From: Eubacteriales bacterium
GTDB lineage: Bacteria; Bacillota; Clostridia; Oscillospirales; QAKW01
Length of the DNA: 64,000 nucleotides
Direction: 5' to 3'
NCBI GenBank assembly: GCA_045546895.1
Contig: JAZQDS010000068.1
Location: forward strand, 2,255-66,254
A program made the translations under genes and the position numbers. Below are positions 36,949 to 46,250 of this stretch, in pieces; the first letter of the stretch is position 1; every line of letters starts with the position of its first letter. The notes below the pieces were generated by a model. It did not search any database, was not told the DNA's origin, and was given only the letters and a program-made list of their open reading frames with translations.

Positions 36949-39289
36949 ATTGAATGCCAACGATTTTATGAAGATAAACGATTGCTTTGCATTCTTGATT
37001 TTGAACAACGCGGATTTTCTTGATCAGCAGCTCCTTCTTGGGATTAATCCATTCGTAAACATAGGTTGAAATCGGATCACCGCTGCGGGTTTTGCTCTCC
37101 TCGCTATCAACAACAAAGGTGGCGGAATAACCGTTGTGGCGATAATAAGCTTGAGGAAAGGGCTGATTTTGGCGGCGCTTCCAATGGCTGATGTTGCCGC
37201 CGTATTCCAGCGGTATATCGATGATTTCACCATTCTCAAATTCAATTTGATAAAATCCTGCAGTTTCCAGATCGACCCAGGGGATACGGTGAATCATATT
37301 GATGGTATTATGATGGAAAATCAGGCTATCAAAATGATCGTTGATGATATACTCGTTGGCCTCGGGCGGGGCAGAAAGGGGATATTTTGCTGCATTTTCT
37401 GCAAGAACCTTTTTCTTGGCATCAGGATTTAATGAAGGATATTTCCGATCTTCTATTTTTTCTCTTAATGCAGGGATTTTTTGCTTGATAATTTGATCAT
37501 AAACATGGCGCAGATGGGAGGAATAACGATCCGACCAAAGCATTTCGGCGGTATAAATGAAATCATAAAGTTTCCCTTCGCGTGTTAATTCCTTATGATT
37601 AGTTGTTACCCAAGCTGAAACCTGCCCGCCAAACATATTCTCTTTTGCAATTCTTTCCTCATAGCGCGGAAAATGGCTGGAATAGAGATTGCCGATTGCC
37701 ACCTTAAATCCTTTTTTCAAAAGATTATCCTCGATATTATGATCCAAATGAAAATACCAAATGAAATCCAGCATTAAGATATCCTTGGGGATCATATCTA
37801 TGGCGGCGGGGGTCTCATATTTGGTTACGGGCTGGATCATATCGGCCCAGATCATCATCTTTATTCCTTTTTGGGCTAGGTGCTTATGAATACGATTGAT
37901 ATCATCGGCAAAAAGCTTGGCCGGGGATATTTTTTTGCATATGGGGCAAAGGCCGATTTCATATACTTCGTCATGACCCATATGAACATATTCCTTGGGT
38001 TGAAATACCTCGATAATTTCATCGATGAGATTAAATAAAATCTCATAGGATTTTGGATTAGAGGGACAATAACAATGGCGATAAAAAACATCGGGTCGCT
38101 TATCGTCATCGCGAGCAACGCTTTTGGACAGCAATTCTTTTTCGGGAATTTCGGCAATCTCCGGATGCGCATAGGTTATATATTGCACATGACCAAGGCT
38201 CTGGATTTCGGGGATGGTTTCAATGCCAAACTTGCGGGCGTATGCAACAAGATCTGCTACTTCCTTTTTAGAAATGGTTCCTCCATCGGCGATGGAATTA
38301 TGAGGGAAGGGCGGGATGAGGCCCTTGCGCGCCATTTTATTTGCTTCAACATAGGCTTTGTTGATTTCAGGATGAGAATCAAATTCCATTCCGGCCGAAA
38401 CCTGCATAATGATTAAATTATATCCCATGGGGGAAAGGATGTATTTAACCAGCCGCTTATAATACGGGATGTTTTCTCGGCTTGGTATCATTAAATGAAC
38501 GCCGCGGAACGGGTGGGCAGGCTGATCTTTAATCTCACAAGCGGGAATTTTCTGATTTTGAATGAGTTTGATGATGGTTTCTGCAGCATATGTAAAGCCG
38601 CGCAAATCGGAGGCAGAAACTAAAACCTTATCTTCATTAACAGATAGTTTATAGCCGTTTTTTAGGATGGAAGCGTCATCGTTAAATATAATTGAACCAT
38701 TATCAGAGCTTTTGAGAACAATTCCGTAGTTCTCGTTGAGCTTTTCGCACAAGAGCAATGCAGCATTTTCACTTAGCTTTGTTGCTGTAATAGTTTGGAA
38801 TTTTGAAATCGGGAAGGAAGGGCCCGAAAAGCTTGCTTCATATGGTGAGGGAAAAAGCGCAGGCTGAATATTATTGGCTCCAAAAACATTCATTTCAAGG
38901 ATGTCTACATAGGAAAATTCGCCGACAAATTCAACGACAAGCTTGTCTGCCTCGGTATCGGCAGTTAAAGAAATGGTTTGATTGCGAAGATACCCGTTTG
39001 TTTCGGCGGAATGCTTGTAAAGTATGTTTGCTTTACAAGCATCATAGAGGATGATATCGGTTAAATAATTTTTAGAGGATAGATTGACCAAAATGGTGTC
39101 GATAAAATAGCGATTATCAAAATCGAGAACTATGTCTATATTGCTGCAAATTTTATCAACAATCTTAATCGTTAATTGTTCTTGCTTTAAAGGATTTCCG
39201 AATTTGAAAATTTTTGGTGTTTCTTGTGTATTTGCTTTTTTAATGCTGTTTTCTTTGAATTGAACATGTTGATTTAAGAGACCTATCAT
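36947..39289 (-). CDS. glycoside hydrolase family 20 enzyme with an N-terminal accessory domain (cytoplasmic)
   Basis: ORF ..39382 trimmed to ATG 39289 after GGAGGG. FRGVHLMIP, IPEIQSLGHV and the catalytic VHMGHDEV (H-x-G-x-D-E) motifs. No signal peptide. Confidence 0.72.
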   Translation of the reverse strand: MIGLLNQHVQFKENSIKKANTQETPKIFKFGNPLKQEQLTIKIVDKICSNIDIVLDFDNRYFIDTILVNLSSKNYLTDIILYDACKANILYKHSAETNGYLRNQTISLTADTEADKLVVEFVGEFSYVDILEMNVFGANNIQPALFPSPYEASFSGPSFPISKFQTITATKLSENAALLLCEKLNENYGIVLKSSDNGSIIFNDDASILKNGYKLSVNEDKVLVSASDLRGFTYAAETIIKLIQNQKIPACEIKDQPAHPFRGVHLMIPSRENIPYYKRLVKYILSPMGYNLIIMQVSAGMEFDSHPEINKAYVEANKMARKGLIPPFPHNSIADGGTISKKEVADLVAYARKFGIETIPEIQSLGHVQYITYAHPEIAEIPEKELLSKSVARDDDKRPDVFYRHCYCPSNPKSYEILFNLIDEIIEVFQPKEYVHMGHDEVYEIGLCPICKKISPAKLFADDINRIHKHLAQKGIKMMIWADMIQPVTKYETPAAIDMIPKDILMLDFIWYFHLDHNIEDNLLKKGFKVAIGNLYSSHFPRYEERIAKENMFGGQVSAWVTTNHKELTREGKLYDFIYTAEMLWSDRYSSHLRHVYDQIIKQKIPALREKIEDRKYPSLNPDAKKKVLAENAAKYPLSAPPEANEYIINDHFDSLIFHHNTINMIHRIPWVDLETAGFYQIEFENGEIIDIPLEYGGNISHWKRRQNQPFPQAYYRHNGYSATFVVDSEESKTRSGDPISTYVYEWINPKKELLIKKIRVVQNQECKAIVYLHKIVGIQ

Positions 39290-39313
39290 TTCAATCCCTC
39301 CTTTTTCGATTTC

Positions 39314-39341
39314 ATTATAACATATATTTTTTTGATGTAAA
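39314..39341 (-). promoter_or_regulatory. sigmaA-type promoter candidate for the GH20 gene
   Basis: On the minus strand, TTTACA (39341-39336), a 16-bp spacer, then TATAAT (39319-39314). Confidence 0.45.
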
Positions 39342-39412
39342 TTGCAAATAAAAGTAAAAACATTGAAAATTTTTCCATTCAATCTGATAAATGAGTTATT
39401 TTTAAAAAAGAC

Positions 39413-39441
39413 TTGATTTTTCTTTTTATATCGTTTATAAT
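39413..39441 (+). promoter_or_regulatory. sigmaA-type promoter for tRNA-Leu
   Basis: TTGATT (39413-39418), a 17-bp spacer, then TATAAT (39436-39441), 16 nt before the tRNA 5' end. Confidence 0.55.
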
Positions 39442-39457
39442 ATCAAATGTTACAAAT

Positions 39458-39544
39458 GCCGGTGTGTTGGAATTGGCAGACGAGACGGACTCAAAATCCG
39501 TTGTCAGTAATGACGTGTGGGTTCAAGTCCCACCACCGGCACCA
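39458..39544 (+). tRNA. tRNA-Leu (anticodon CAA), class II with long variable arm, CCA encoded
   Basis: Hand fold: acceptor GCCGGTG/CACCGGC, anticodon stem ACGGA/TCCGT with loop CTCAAAA, T arm TGGGTTCAAGTCCCA, discriminator A plus CCA. Confidence 0.9.
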
Positions 39545-39578
39545 AAAAACCTCTTCGCTGATGCGAAGAGGTTTTTTT
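39545..39578. terminator. bidirectional terminator (tRNA-Leu / dapA)
   Basis: AAAAACCTCTTCGC-TGAT-GCGAAGAGGTTTTTTT. The dapA stop codon overlaps the T tract. Confidence 0.8.
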
Positions 39579-40464
39579 AATAATTAATGTTGAGATCGCT
39601 GATTGCCGATTCGATTTTAGTATTTGTTTTTTCATCGCTTTCAATGAGAGGAAGCCGCGGTTTTCCTGAGGGTAGACCCATGATATTCAGCGCGTGCTTA
39701 ACGCCGATTGGGTTTACGGTTGAAAAAACGGCTTGAATTAACGGTAGAAGCCGATGCTGCTCTGCGGTTGCGGCAGTGAATTTTTCGTTTAGAGCATAAT
39801 CGCAGAGTCGTCTGATTGCTTTGGGGTCGATGTTACCAATTACGGAAATAACACCTTTACCGCCGAGCGACATTATGGGCACGATTTGATCATCGTTGCC
39901 GCTATAAACGCATAATTTTTTTGCTTTTCCTGTAATTTCGCTGATGTGCGCAATGCTGCTGCCGGCTTCTTTTATGCCAACAATGCTTGGAGTTTCTGAT
40001 AATTTGATGAGCGTGTCGGTATTGATTGACATCCCCGTCCTTGATGGGACATTATAAAGAATGATAGGACAATGTACGCGCTCGGCAATAAATTTATAAT
40101 GGGCAATTAATCCCGCTTGCGTTGTTTTATTATAATATGGGGTAACAATCAGTAATGCATCTGCTCCGCGTTTTTGTGCCTCGAGGCTGAGCTTTATTGC
40201 GTGATTTGTATTATTGCTGCCTGAACCTGCAATGAACGGTACTCGGTTGCTGATGAATTCGTTGGATTTTGCGATTAAAAGACTGTATTCTTCAAAATCA
40301 AGAGTGCTTGCTTCACCGGTTGTGCCCGCAATGACCAAAGCCTGCGTTCCGTTTTTGATTTGCCGATCGATTAAATATTTCAATCCATAAACGTCGAGCT
40401 GATCATCCTCGGTAAATGGCGTTATCAAGGCGGTGGCGGAGCCAAAGAATGGAATTGCCGGCAT
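39577..40464 (-). CDS. dapA: 4-hydroxy-tetrahydrodipicolinate synthase
   Basis: ORF ..40512 trimmed to ATG 40464 after GGAGGTAC. ALITPF and IAGTTGEASTL motifs, with DapA-like sequence throughout. Confidence 0.92.
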   Translation of the reverse strand: MPAIPFFGSATALITPFTEDDQLDVYGLKYLIDRQIKNGTQALVIAGTTGEASTLDFEEYSLLIAKSNEFISNRVPFIAGSGSNNTNHAIKLSLEAQKRGADALLIVTPYYNKTTQAGLIAHYKFIAERVHCPIILYNVPSRTGMSINTDTLIKLSETPSIVGIKEAGSSIAHISEITGKAKKLCVYSGNDDQIVPIMSLGGKGVISVIGNIDPKAIRRLCDYALNEKFTAATAEQHRLLPLIQAVFSTVNPIGVKHALNIMGLPSGKPRLPLIESDEKTNTKIESAISDLNINY

Positions 40465-40490
40465 ATGTACCTCCGAATTATAAAAATATA

Positions 40491-40519
40491 TTGAAAAAAT
40501 TTCCACTTCCATTTATAAT
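40491..40519 (+). promoter_or_regulatory. sigmaA-type promoter candidate for queA-tgt
   Basis: TTGAAA (40491-40496), a 17-bp spacer, then TATAAT (40514-40519). Confidence 0.5.
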
Positions 40520-40562
40520 AATATGAATGAAGGAAAAGTTATATAACGATAAGGAAAAGAAA

Positions 40563-41588
40563 ATGACGATTGATGAATTTGATTATTACCTACCTGAGGA
40601 ATTGATAGCTCAAACGCCGCTGGATCAGCGGGATCATTCTCGTTTGTTAGTTTTGCATCGCGAGCCTTTTGCTTTGGAGCATCGTTGCTTCTATGATCTT
40701 CTTGATTATTTAAAAGCGGGCGACCTTCTTGTTCTGAATGATTCCAAAGTTATTCCTGCACGCATTTTTGCTACCCGAGCCGAGACCGGCGGGGTGGTTG
40801 AAGTTTTGATGCTTAAGGCGCTTGAGGAAAATGTATGGGAGGTTTTGGTGAAACCCGGCAAGAAAGCGCGGCCGGGCCAGGTTTTGGAATTTCAAGGCCT
40901 GATGACGGGAACTGTTTTGGAAATCATGGAAGATGGCAAGCGCAAGGTTCGTTTTGCTCATAATGCCTCTTCGATTTATGAGGTTTTGGATCAGATCGGT
41001 AAAATGCCGCTTCCGCCCTATATTACCAAGCAATTAGAGGATCAGGATCGCTATCAGACGGTATATGCCAGGGAATTGGGATCTGCCGCTGCGCCAACTG
41101 CCGGCCTGCATTTTACCAAGGAACTTCTTGATAAAATTCGTAAGAAGGGTGTTAAGATTGCAACAGTTACGCTTCATGTTGGCCTTGGAACCTTTCGTCC
41201 TGTAAAAGAAACTGAAATCACAAAGCATATTATGCATTCAGAACATTTCTCTATTCCGAATGAAACAATTGAATTGATAAAAGCCACAAAGGCGTCAGGC
41301 GGAAGGGTTGTTTCTGTTGGAACAACGGCAACAAGGACGCTGGAAAGCGGATTTGATAAAAATCTCAACTGCACTATGAAGGAGGGGGATACCTCCATCT
41401 TCATTTACCCCGGCTATCAGTTTAAAGTGATTGATGCATTGATAACTAATTTTCATCTACCCAAAAGTACTTTGATGATGCTTGTTAGCGCTTTGGCAGG
41501 GAGAGATCATATTATGGAAGCGTATAAAGAGGCGGTGGATGAAAAATATCGCTTTTTCAGCTTTGGCGATGCTATGTTTATTTGTTAG
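40563..41588 (+). CDS. queA: S-adenosylmethionine:tRNA ribosyltransferase-isomerase
   Basis: ORF 40527.. trimmed to ATG 40563. FDYYLPEELIAQTP, AAPTAGLHFT and FFSFGDAMFI motifs. Confidence 0.95.
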   Translation: MTIDEFDYYLPEELIAQTPLDQRDHSRLLVLHREPFALEHRCFYDLLDYLKAGDLLVLNDSKVIPARIFATRAETGGVVEVLMLKALEENVWEVLVKPGKKARPGQVLEFQGLMTGTVLEIMEDGKRKVRFAHNASSIYEVLDQIGKMPLPPYITKQLEDQDRYQTVYARELGSAAAPTAGLHFTKELLDKIRKKGVKIATVTLHVGLGTFRPVKETEITKHIMHSEHFSIPNETIELIKATKASGGRVVSVGTTATRTLESGFDKNLNCTMKEGDTSIFIYPGYQFKVIDALITNFHLPKSTLMMLVSALAGRDHIMEAYKEAVDEKYRFFSFGDAMFIC

Positions 41589-42728
<1,140 letters not shown>

Positions 42729-42730
42729 TA

Positions 42731-42759
42731 TTGACATTTGATTCATTTTCCGCTATAAT
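42731..42759 (+). promoter_or_regulatory. consensus sigmaA promoter for yajC
   Basis: TTGACA (42731-42736), a 17-bp spacer, then TATAAT (42754-42759). Confidence 0.6.
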
Positions 42760-42791
42760 TCAAAATAACGATAAATAAAGGAGATTTAATA

Positions 42792-43079
42792 ATGGAACAG
42801 ATTATGGGATTTTTGGCCAACTACGGCGGTATGATTTTGATTCTTGTTGTTATGCTTGGTTTTACTTTCTTTATGAGCAGAAAGGATAAAAAGCGTCAGC
42901 AAGAGCGTAGAAATTTGCAAAACAATCTTGAAGTAGGCGATGTTGTATTAATGGAGTGCGGTATTGTGGGTAAGGTTGTTTCTACCAAGGATCTGGAAAC
43001 AATTGTTATTGAAACAGGTGCCGATAAAACCAAAATTCGCTTCAAGAGATGGGCGATTGCTTCCAAAATCGAGGAGTAA
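42792..43079 (+). CDS. yajC: preprotein translocase subunit YajC
   Basis: 95 aa with a single N-terminal TM, a basic stretch (RKDKKRQQE) and GDVV...G.VG.VV. Canonical position after tgt. Confidence 0.85.
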   Translation: MEQIMGFLANYGGMILILVVMLGFTFFMSRKDKKRQQERRNLQNNLEVGDVVLMECGIVGKVVSTKDLETIVIETGADKTKIRFKRWAIASKIEE

Positions 43080-43140
43080 TGCTCATAAATGCGCGGCGCT
43101 ATGCATAGGATGTTGTAAAACATCTGGAGGTGCTGCAATA

Positions 43141-43539
43141 ATGAAATATGATGATACTAAAAAAATCACAGCGCTTGGCGTTGTGATTTTTTCTTTTGTT
43201 TCCCTTGCTGTTGCTTTCGCTATTATACTCGGGCTGGATGCTTTGACAGCTCTTTTGGTGCTGAAAACAGCGTTGCCGGAATCGTTTTTGCAAATCGGAA
43301 GTGTTATAGGAAACGGCGCCGGGGTTATTATTGGATGCGCTTTTTTAACCAAGAAAGGGAAAATTAAGGGAATATATGCTTCTTTGATTATGTTTTTTAT
43401 GATGGCCTTGGTCAAAATAATTGGGAATGCATTACTTGGTTTTGGCGGATATTTTACCTTTGAGGGCGTAATCGGATTGCTGTTTACAGCGGTATTTGCA
43501 TTGGTTGGCGGGGTAGTGGGATCCGCTATAAAAAAATAA
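43141..43539 (+). CDS. small Gly-rich integral membrane protein (YrzE / TIGR04086-like)
   Basis: ORF 42964.. trimmed to ATG 43141 after GGAGG. It has 4 predicted TM segments and the same position as yrzE next to yajC (yrbF) in B. subtilis. Confidence 0.5.
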   Translation: MKYDDTKKITALGVVIFSFVSLAVAFAIILGLDALTALLVLKTALPESFLQIGSVIGNGAGVIIGCAFLTKKGKIKGIYASLIMFFMMALVKIIGNALLGFGGYFTFEGVIGLLFTAVFALVGGVVGSAIKK

Positions 43540-43678
43540 CAAAACATTGTCATTTTGCATAAACCGTTGTTTTTTAAAAAATAAAATGTAAATACCTATT
43601 GACATTTTAAAATAACATCATTTTGATTAAATGGAATGAAAAGTATCTACATCTTGTGGGTTAAAACGTCAATCGCTC

Positions 43679-43691
43679 TGGTTTACATAAT
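43679..43691 (+). repeat. 13-bp motif TGGTTTACATAAT, exact copy 2
   Basis: Read directly from the sequence. It forms a direct repeat with 43702-43714 (23-bp period). Confidence 0.7.
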
Positions 43692-43701
43692 AATTATACA
43701 T

Positions 43702-43714
43702 TGGTTTACATAAT
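43702..43714 (+). repeat. 13-bp motif TGGTTTACATAAT, exact copy 3
   Basis: Read directly from the sequence, 173 bp upstream of the spoIIM ATG. Confidence 0.7.
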
Positions 43715-43822
43715 TTGATTTAGGCATCTTCTACAAAAAAGAAATTTCTTGATTTTTTACCTTGATTCTTATGGTTTTTTAATGTAAAATATACACACTC
43801 GGCAGAAATCTGAGTGTTATTA

Positions 43823-43835
43823 TTCTTTACATAAT
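43823..43835 (+). repeat. degenerate copy (TTCTTTACATAAT, 11/13) of the 13-bp motif
   Basis: Read directly from the sequence, 52 bp upstream of the spoIIM ATG. Confidence 0.5.
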
Positions 43836-43886
43836 TTTTCGGCATAGTTTCGTACAAGCCTTCATAGTTATTTATGAGGTGATTAT

Positions 43887-44474
43887 ATGAAACGTTTTAT
43901 GTCTAAAATTAAAGAGTATTACAATCGAGAGCGGCCGCTAATCAAATTATATTTTTTGTTTTATTTGATTGGTGTTTTTATCGGATGCGGAGCTGCGGTG
44001 TTGATGCGAAATGATTTTTCAGATCAAGCATCGCTATTGTTTTCTCCCGAAAGTTGCGGAAGTTTCCTTTTTTTATGGATCCAACAATTGCTTTTCTTTA
44101 CGGCATTATTTTTGCTTGGTCTTACAGTTGTGGGTGTTCCGCTGCTTCCAATCTATCCTTTATATAAAGGTTTTTCGATTGGGCTATTAATTTCTATGTC
44201 AACGTTATTTACCGGCGTGCGTGGATTAATTTTAGGCACGCTGGCCTTTTTCGCCCAAAATTGCTTTTATTCTTTGACTGGATATCTCCTTTGCGCTTCT
44301 GCCGCAAGAGTTTCAATCTCTTTGTTTTCACTTGCGAGAGGCGTTGGCAGACATAGCGCCACTCGCGATGAATTGATTCGCCACATTCTTGTTTTTTTAT
44401 GTATTATTCCGTTGCTGGCGCTTGGCGCTTTAGGGGAATATAAAATTGTTCCGCTCATTATGAATTTATATTAG
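43887..44474 (+). CDS. spoIIM: stage II sporulation protein M (SpoIIM/DUF95 family)
   Basis: 195-aa multi-TM protein with a SpoIIM-like layout. GAGGTGA RBS. It lies next to xerD, as I recall for many spore formers. Confidence 0.7.
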   Translation: MKRFMSKIKEYYNRERPLIKLYFLFYLIGVFIGCGAAVLMRNDFSDQASLLFSPESCGSFLFLWIQQLLFFTALFLLGLTVVGVPLLPIYPLYKGFSIGLLISMSTLFTGVRGLILGTLAFFAQNCFYSLTGYLLCASAARVSISLFSLARGVGRHSATRDELIRHILVFLCIIPLLALGALGEYKIVPLIMNLY

Positions 44475-44492
44475 AAGAAAGGAGGAGAATGT

Positions 44493-45395
44493 ATGGAACG
44501 TACTTATATTAATTTTTGCCATTATTTAATGACCAAGAAGCACACATCTGCTAATACATTATCCTCCTATCAACGCGATTTGCGCCAGCTGATTGGTTAT
44601 TTGCAAGAAAAGCAATTAACGGATTGGAGTAAGATTTCAGAGCAGGATCTGCGCGATTATTTTGATTATTTGAAAAATCAAAAGAAAAGCGATGCAACAA
44701 TCTCTCGCTCGATGTCTTCGATTCGTTGCTTTTATAAATATTTGATGACCAAAAAAATTGTCGACATTAATCCGATGAGCGGCATCAAGGGTCTTAAAAG
44801 CGAGACAAAGCTTCCCGAAGTGTTGAGCGGCGAAGAGGTTGAAACCCTTTTGTGGCAGCCGGATCAGACTACTGTGAAAGGCTTGCGCGATAAGGCGATG
44901 CTGGAAACGCTTTATGCATCCGGCATTCGAGTCAGCGAGCTTTTAAGCTTAAAAATATCGGATGTTAATCTGGATGTTGGTTATTTAATGTTGCATCATC
45001 ATGAGGAAAATGAGCGGATCATTCCGATTTATAATCTTGCAGTTCAGGCGCTTCGCCATTATGTGAACGAAAGCCGCCCGCAGCTTATTACATCTCCGAG
45101 AGAAAACACTTTGTTTTTAAACACCAGCGGACAAGCTATGACTCGCCAAGGATTTTGGAAGCTTGTTAAGGGCTATACTGCAGCTGCTGATATTGAAAAG
45201 GATATTACACCTAAGACCTTACGCCATTCTTTTGCAACGCATCTGCTCGAAAATGGCGCCGATATTAATATGGTTAAGGATATGATGGGTCATTCTTCCA
45301 TTGCATCTACCAAGGTATATGCAAAATTACTTAAAACCAAGTATTTATCAACATATGAGAACTGTCATCCCAGAGCAATAAAGGTGGGCGAATAA
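44493..45395 (+). CDS. xerD: site-specific tyrosine recombinase XerD
   Basis: 300 aa. N-terminal SAM-like domain (TLSSYQRDL) and catalytic R...HxxR...Y (LRHSFATHLLENGADINMVKDMMGHSSIASTKVY). Confidence 0.85.
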   Translation: MERTYINFCHYLMTKKHTSANTLSSYQRDLRQLIGYLQEKQLTDWSKISEQDLRDYFDYLKNQKKSDATISRSMSSIRCFYKYLMTKKIVDINPMSGIKGLKSETKLPEVLSGEEVETLLWQPDQTTVKGLRDKAMLETLYASGIRVSELLSLKISDVNLDVGYLMLHHHEENERIIPIYNLAVQALRHYVNESRPQLITSPRENTLFLNTSGQAMTRQGFWKLVKGYTAAADIEKDITPKTLRHSFATHLLENGADINMVKDMMGHSSIASTKVYAKLLKTKYLSTYENCHPRAIKVGE

Positions 45396-46142
45396 ATGGG
45401 TTTATTTAATAATTATCAAAAAGAGGGAAGAGGCGTCAGTAAAGATCAAAAGACGCCTCGGTTTCTTTTGTTTTTTCAAATTCTTTTTAGAAAGTTTTGG
45501 AATTTGATTGTTGTTAATATGCTTTATCTTGTTTTTTGCATTCCCATTGTTACCATTGGGCCTGCAACCGCTGCGCACACAAAGATCATGCGTAATTATG
45601 CGCGTGAAGAGCACGCATTCATTTGGGGCGATTTCTTTGAAACCTTTAGGAAAAACTTTAAACAGGCATTCATTTATTCTGTTGTTGATTTTTTTGTAAC
45701 AGCCTTTCTTTTGTTTGATTCTTATGTCTTACTTCAGCAGACAAAGCAAATGAACTTCGTTATGATTGCGCTTTCAATGGCTGCGATCTTTCTCACCTTC
45801 ACGGTATGGACCTTCATGCGGTATTATATCTATAATATGATGATCACCTTCCGGCTGACCTTTAAGCAACTGATTAAAAATGCTTTTATCTTCTGCTGGG
45901 CGGGATTTTTTCGCAATTTGTTTATCACTTTGATTTTAGCCGCCCTGACTCTGCTGCTGATCTTTAATGTTGATTTGATCGTCTTATTGGCTCTCTGCAT
46001 TTTGATTTATCCTACTTTTTGCAATTATTTTATTAATTTCATGGTAAACCCTATGATCAAAAAGCATATGATTGATGGCTATGATCCCGCAACCGGTGAA
46101 CGTATTGAGCCTGAAAAATATGAAGGCTTCGATGATAAATAA
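45396..46142 (+). CDS. YesL-family (DUF624) membrane protein
   Basis: The N-terminal pattern FWNLIVVNMLYLVFCIPIVTIGPATAA...IWGDFFETFRKNFKQA is typical of DUF624. The start abuts the xerD stop. Confidence 0.7.
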   Translation: MGLFNNYQKEGRGVSKDQKTPRFLLFFQILFRKFWNLIVVNMLYLVFCIPIVTIGPATAAHTKIMRNYAREEHAFIWGDFFETFRKNFKQAFIYSVVDFFVTAFLLFDSYVLLQQTKQMNFVMIALSMAAIFLTFTVWTFMRYYIYNMMITFRLTFKQLIKNAFIFCWAGFFRNLFITLILAALTLLLIFNVDLIVLLALCILIYPTFCNYFINFMVNPMIKKHMIDGYDPATGERIEPEKYEGFDDK

Positions 46143-46146
46143 TATA

Positions 46147-46174
46147 ACGCGCAGCAAGATGCTGCGCGTTTTTT
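46147..46174 (+). terminator. intrinsic terminator after the yesL-like gene
   Basis: ACGCGCAGC-AAGAT-GCTGCGCGT followed by a T run. Confidence 0.75.
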
Positions 46175-46192
46175 CATTCGATGGTATTGCTA

Positions 46193-46220
46193 TTGACAAT
46201 TATTATAATTAAAGTATAAT
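46193..46220 (+). promoter_or_regulatory. sigmaA-type promoter candidate for mltG
   Basis: TTGACA (46193-46198), a 16-bp spacer, then TATAAT (46215-46220). Confidence 0.5.
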
Positions 46221-46250
46221 ATTATATATATTATGCGGAGGTGTTCTGCG

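Noticed and set aside
43083-43553. A 156-aa minus-strand ORF opposite the small Gly-rich membrane protein gene.
   Set aside because: The Pro/Thr-rich sequence is the mirror of Gly/Val codons. The plus-strand ORF has a GGAGG RBS, clear TM helices and a synteny-consistent position after yajC.
43680-43730. The possibility that the tandem TTATGTAAACC-type motifs form the chromosomal dif site.
   Set aside because: No convincing XerC arm lies 6 bp from any copy. The best candidate is AAGATGCCTAA-ATCAAA-TTATGTAAACC on the minus strand. Gene orientation stays predominantly plus-strand on both sides, so there is no terminus-like strand switch. An identical copy also sits 40 kb away upstream of cmk.
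44493-45395. Two tyrosine recombinases (44493-45395 and 61779-62756, the latter ~1.2 kb from tRNA-Cys) as markers of an integrated mobile element or genomic island.
   Set aside because: Both have Xer-type size and N-terminal domains. They are flanked by core genes (spoIIM, mltG, HAD, pepP). No phage, conjugation or cargo genes lie nearby, and I saw no direct repeats of a tRNA 3' end. An element beyond the window's right edge cannot be excluded.
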